A stretch of DNA of 64,000 bases, taken from assembly GCA_964187785.1 (NCBI GenBank), contig OZ076409.1, positions 4,466,001 to 4,530,000 of the forward strand, given 5' to 3'. The notes under the pieces are model-generated. The model searched no databases. It was not told the origin of the DNA and worked only from the letters and a program-made list of their open reading frames with translations. Every line of letters begins with the position of its first letter. Position 1 is the stretch's first letter. Source of the stretch: Amphiscolops sp. MND2022. Taxonomy: Eukaryota. Below, piece after piece: positions 59,199 through 64,000 of the stretch. Position numbers and translations under genes: made by a program.

Positions 59199-62100
59199 TT
59201 GCCAATACTCAAGACTCAACAGTACATCACAGTTCCGTTGTATTGAATTTGAATTTATCTGCTATTCAATGAAAAGAAACGCAGACTAATACAAATCATG
59301 TTCAATCATCACATAACAGAACAGACTTCCAAAGGCCTATGCTCGCTTAACGGAAACCTGATAGTATGTAATTCATAACAAAAAGGCAAAATTAAAAAGA
59401 CGAGGAATGTCAATTTTTTCTGTGCTAATCTTATTCTCTTGGAACTTGATTTCATCATTTTACACAGCCACATTCAGATTTGCAACCAGGCCTGGCCTGC
59501 CTTTTGATAGGTGTAGAACAAAAAGGGTCCAAATCAAATTCATTCCCCCAAAATGGGCAGCAAATTAAGTAACATCAAGTTCACCAGAAATTTCGTCGTC
59601 AGAAATTTGTCGTCAGATTTTTCGTCGCCGGTGATTACGTTCTATAAAACGTCGCATTTTCTCTAATCTATTAGGAATCGTCTTATTATAGAGTCTTAAT
59701 AATTATCGATAATTGTGCAATTATTAGTATCATTGACTACTTTTAGTTATGGTTTTAAGATAAAAGTTTCGGACCATGTTCCTTACCCACCGCCCCCTCC
59801 AAAAATACACCTTGTTTCTTATCTCCCCAACATCACGAAGTTGTTTCGACACTTAAAGCAAAAATTACCAGGATTGTTTGATAATTTTTTGACAAAAAAG
59901 CAAAAATTCCCCCTGGAGCAAGCTTGAATTGTATTGTAAAGCCCGGGTAAGTGATTCCATCGGTAGGACTGAAAATATACTATTGCTCAATAAGCGTCTT
60001 GATGAGTTGATTGAATGTAATTTACTTTTTGACTCAATTTTGGTGTCAAAATTAAACTTGTTCCTAGATCTCATTTTGATAATTAAATAATTACACTTGC
60101 GATAAGCAAGTGTTATGGGAAAGTGCGGGTGCTTTTTTTCCGCGCGACAACTCTCGTTTCGGACGGCAAGTCGCATAGTCTGAATTTGTGGCCGTGCAAG
60201 TCGCAACTTCTGGCACTTGGCATAGAGGTTAATTAGGATTTTTTGAGGTCTGCCAAGCAGAAGGACGTGGGTTCGAGTCTCGCCCTTGACCAAAATTTTT
60301 TGTGCATGTTATTTCGGCTTCGTGACTTTTCTTCGCAATTTTTTTCATGTCACCTAAGATTCCTCTCTTCATTTTTCTGGTATTTTGCAACAGAACGAAT
60401 GTTAAAAAATCCCAAAGGGTCCCTTCTTTCAGATTTTTAGGCACTATGAGACTGTTGAAATTTCTCATTTTTTTGTTTTGGAAATTTTTCAATTCTCGCT
60501 TCAATTATTTGAAATTTTGCATCAGAATGGATGTTGAAAAAATCTCAAAGTGCCCCCCTTTTACAGTTTTCGGCATTGTGAGATTTTTCAAATCGAATAA
60601 TGTTTGTCTTAAAATTAGGTTTTCTCAGGCCCAGCACGCTATATCCGATTTTTGTTTTTTTAAAGACCGCTGTTTTTTCTATGCATTTTTTTTCTAATTT
60701 GTTTTCATCGAAGCCCCCTCAATTTTTACCAGAAACGAAACGTTTTGCGAGCATAAAGCACTTCTCAAGGTTTTCGGCACTATGCGACTTGCCGGTCATC
60801 ATCAAAAAAATTTCCTCAATTTTCTGTTTTTTAAAGGTTTACGGTTGAGAAAGATTGGTTTTCTGTTGTTTCCAGTTGGAGAAGAATTGTTTTCGAGATT
60901 TATGGGTATCCCTTCGGGGTTTTTTGGCGTAAAATTGATGAAATTTCAACAATAATGTCCTTTTACCCTTGGCTCTCCGTATGATATTGCTTATTTGGGT
61001 TTCTTCAAAAGTTCGCAACTTTCTTCGTAAGTGTTTGCGAAGCACGGCTTCGCCTCTGTGTTGAATAATCAAATGATATCTTGGTAAAGGCTGTTAATTC
61101 TAATCAATACTACGACGAATTTCTGACGACGAAATTTCTGGATTTGCTATTACGACGAAGTTTCCTACGACCTCTGTGGAGTCTTCTTTGATATAGACCC
61201 TTCGGTAAACTTTTCTTCCTTTCTGAAAACGTTGTTTGTCAAAATTGTACCACAACATATTAATAGCGGTAAACGTGAAACTCTACAGGAGCCTTTGCTG
61301 TTACTATAATATTTTGAAACTTTATTCTTAGTGCTGTTTTTCTGTGAAAATGTCCCAAAATCCCATAGTTATTCGTCAGTGTTAGTTAGGAAATATCAAA
61401 AATTTCCAAGTTACATGGTTTATTCCGATTTGGGTGCTTATGCTTAGAAGGGTAGTGTTAGTGTCAAAGAATAAATCATCGATTGATTTTTACACGGAGT
61501 AAAATGCTTACTTGATTTATTCATAATTCATTCTAATGCTGTCAGACCAACACCATTCACCAGTATATTGTTCAAAATTTCAGATTTTTTGTATAACAAT
61601 TTGTTGGACAACAACGCACGGCGTAAAAACGGAAGTTTGCAATAGGACGCTACTTTAAAAGCAAAGAAGACAATCTGGGAATTGAGAAATGCGGAAATCT
61701 TGTATTTCGTTTGTGCGTGCTGAATCTGTAGTTCAAATTGAATGTCAACAGTTGATTGATTCTTCGAAATCGATCCTTTTTTGAAAAAAAAGCAATCAAA
61801 AAATCATTTAAATCTAAGGATTTTTTCAAAAAAATTGATTTAAAACAGTCATTTAAAAAATCCTATTTTTATCCGACCCTGCGTCCGATGCTTTGTCCTT
61901 GGCTGATATCTTTAACCTAATTTTAAAATTGTACTGTTGAATCCGCCTAATTCGTATCGCTAGGGACCGAATAAAATTGTACGAATAATGAGAAATTCGA
62001 ATTATGCGGATGATAATTCATACTTTGCTCTTCGCGAAATGGGGGTCTCAGATACACCAACGAATTGAACGAAGATCCTAACTATCCGGATACGAATGAA

Positions 62101-62557
62101 TTAACAGCCGGAGTTGACTGTATAATCAACGTCAGCAGAAGGACTGGTGGTATTTCTCATGTACGAACTTTCTTATATGCCGGTGTAATAAGTTATACAA
62201 TTGTTTTAGGTGGTTTTCATTTTTATACAATTCTAAATTCAAATGTGCTACTTTTTACGCCAGTTTTGATACGTTTTGGCTTCTTCGTGAATATTTATCA
62301 ATAATTAAAGCTATTTGAATTATTACTAACTATTGTACTGAAATAAGTAATGACTTTACCGAATTAATTAGCCGAAATTTGTTTAGGTCGAAATTGCAGG
62401 TTGAAATTGTGAACGGTTGAAAGGGCAACGGTTGGAATAGCAGTGGTTGCAATTGCATAGGACGAAATGACGTCATGTAACCACGCTGACTCACCCGATA
62501 CTTTGTCAGTGACTGATACTTTTAACCTAATTTTAAAATCAAGTCTGTGTATTTCAG

Positions 62558-62721
62558 GTCGTCTGATGGAGGGAGACCGTCTTTTGGAGGTGAACGGCAC
62601 CACAGTGACTGGAATGAGTCAGAACGAGGTCGTCGCTTTCCTCAGAGCCATTCCCCAGTCTCACAGTGCCGACATTCTCGTCTCTAGACACGAGGTCGAG
62701 GATGTGCCCAGAGAAATCACT
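62558..62721 (+). CDS. par-3: Par-3 exon 13 (end of PDZ2)
   Basis: tttcag|(G)RLMEGDRLLEVNGTTVTGMSQNEVVAFLRAIP...VPREIT|gttagt. Confidence 0.95.
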
Positions 62722-63106
62722 GTTAGTAATTAACTCATCACACCTAGAACCTTGATCATTATTGAGATATGAATCCATCCACCAATAAAGGACTGCTAAG
62801 TTTACAACTGTTAAGAACAACTATTAAGTTTAAGACTAATATTTTTTACTCAAACAGCTTGAAAGAGAAGTTGATACACCCGATTACAGTTTTTAAAAAT
62901 GTTGGAGGGACTATCAATTTAGATATTGTTTTTCTATCCAATTTCAACCTCAATATTTTTCATTTTTTGTATTTGTACACTACTTTTTTTACTGAGTCTA
63001 TCATGGTTTTAGTAACAAAGGTCAATACAGCGTTTTTTTTCAAGGACAAGTATGATCTTTAGGTATGCAAGACTCTCTTCGTGTTGTCAGTGAATAATAG
63101 TTCATA

Positions 63107-63269
63107 CAGTAAACCCTCGATTATCCGCCACCTTTGGTCAACCGCCACAAATCTACGGGGACATTTTGCTATAACACCCGTGTCTAAGCTACCTTGATTA
63201 ACCGCTACTCTCACTTATCCGCCATAATTCGCGCTGGACCGATGGTGGCGGATAATCGAGGGTTTACTG
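63107..63269. mobile_element. Tc1/pogo-type MITE
   Basis: TIR cagtaaaccctcgattatccgccacc / ggtggcggataatcgagggtttactg, TA flanks. Confidence 0.85.
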
Positions 63270-64000
63270 TATATAGTTCTGGGGATGAAAAATCTACCAA
63301 ACTTAAGAATGCGTGACCCGCTAGTCACTTTGGAAAAACGAAAATGTGCCCAAGCTCCGAATTTTTGTGTGACTTCACTGAAAGTCAATAGTGCTGTTTT
63401 GATTTTATTATGCAATATTTTTTGCAACGGAAATTCTGTAGTTGGATAGTAACGGAATCTAGACTACTAATATTGTGCAACGTCATACATCCACTCATGA
63501 GGTGTTTCGATGCAAAGTCGCTTTTCAGGCTGACTTCAGACATGATCATAGCTCGAAATTCTATTATAGTCTATTATAGCAATGCTATATTAAACGCTGT
63601 TTTTTTCTTTTTTTTCTTAATTAAAAGGACCGCGCATTTTGAAATTACTATTAAACGCTATGTTATTAAAAGCGGCAGCAACTATCATAGCGGCTATAAA
63701 ATGAACATATACGGAATTTCTATAATAGAATACTACAATTGCCGCTATTATTGACCAATTGCCGCTATTATTGTTGCGTACCTCTCGATGAATAGAAAAA
63801 ATGAGAATTTTGTCTCAAAATTTGAAAACTAGACTCATCGTTGAATGTTATAATAATTAGTTAATGGTCTTCAATGTTTCGTTATTTTTTTCGAAAAAAA
63901 ATTCAACTGTTTTGTCCTTAGCTGACTAACCTAGATGGGCGCAAGGATTGAAGCTATAATGATGCTATTGACAAAATTGGATCTATAATAGAATTCTATT

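Noticed and set aside
60205..60295. tRNA gene (TGGCATAGAGG A-box-like, GGTTCGAGTC B-box-like)
   Set aside because: No convincing cloverleaf (3-nt loop at the anticodon position) and it lies within a dispersed repeat; at most tRNA-derived.

Overview
AT-rich, repeat-dense genomic DNA from an invertebrate animal (organism not determinable from the sequence). It holds: (1) the last two coding exons of an unidentified membrane-protein gene (516-1407, +); (2) the first 13 coding exons of a par-3/PARD3/bazooka polarity gene (9775-62721, +; N-terminal oligomerisation domain, PDZ1, PDZ2; continues past the window); (3) inside par-3 intron 1 and antisense to it, a 22.6-kb Ty3/Gypsy (Metaviridae-type) LTR element (10402-32964) with 269-bp LTRs that are identical by eye. 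The element is organised like a complex enveloped retrovirus: gag-pro-pol, an S/T/P-rich ORF2 with late-domain-like motifs, an env resembling chuvirus G / herpesvirus gB (class III) fusogens, and several unrecognised ORFs between env and the 3' LTR. This copy has frameshifts and a ~4.07-kb internal tandem duplication of pol. The other introns are filled with a DINE-1/HINE-like (non-autonomous Helentron) family and MITEs with TA, 8-bp and 9-bp target duplications. All family assignments are motif recognition by eye; no searches were run.
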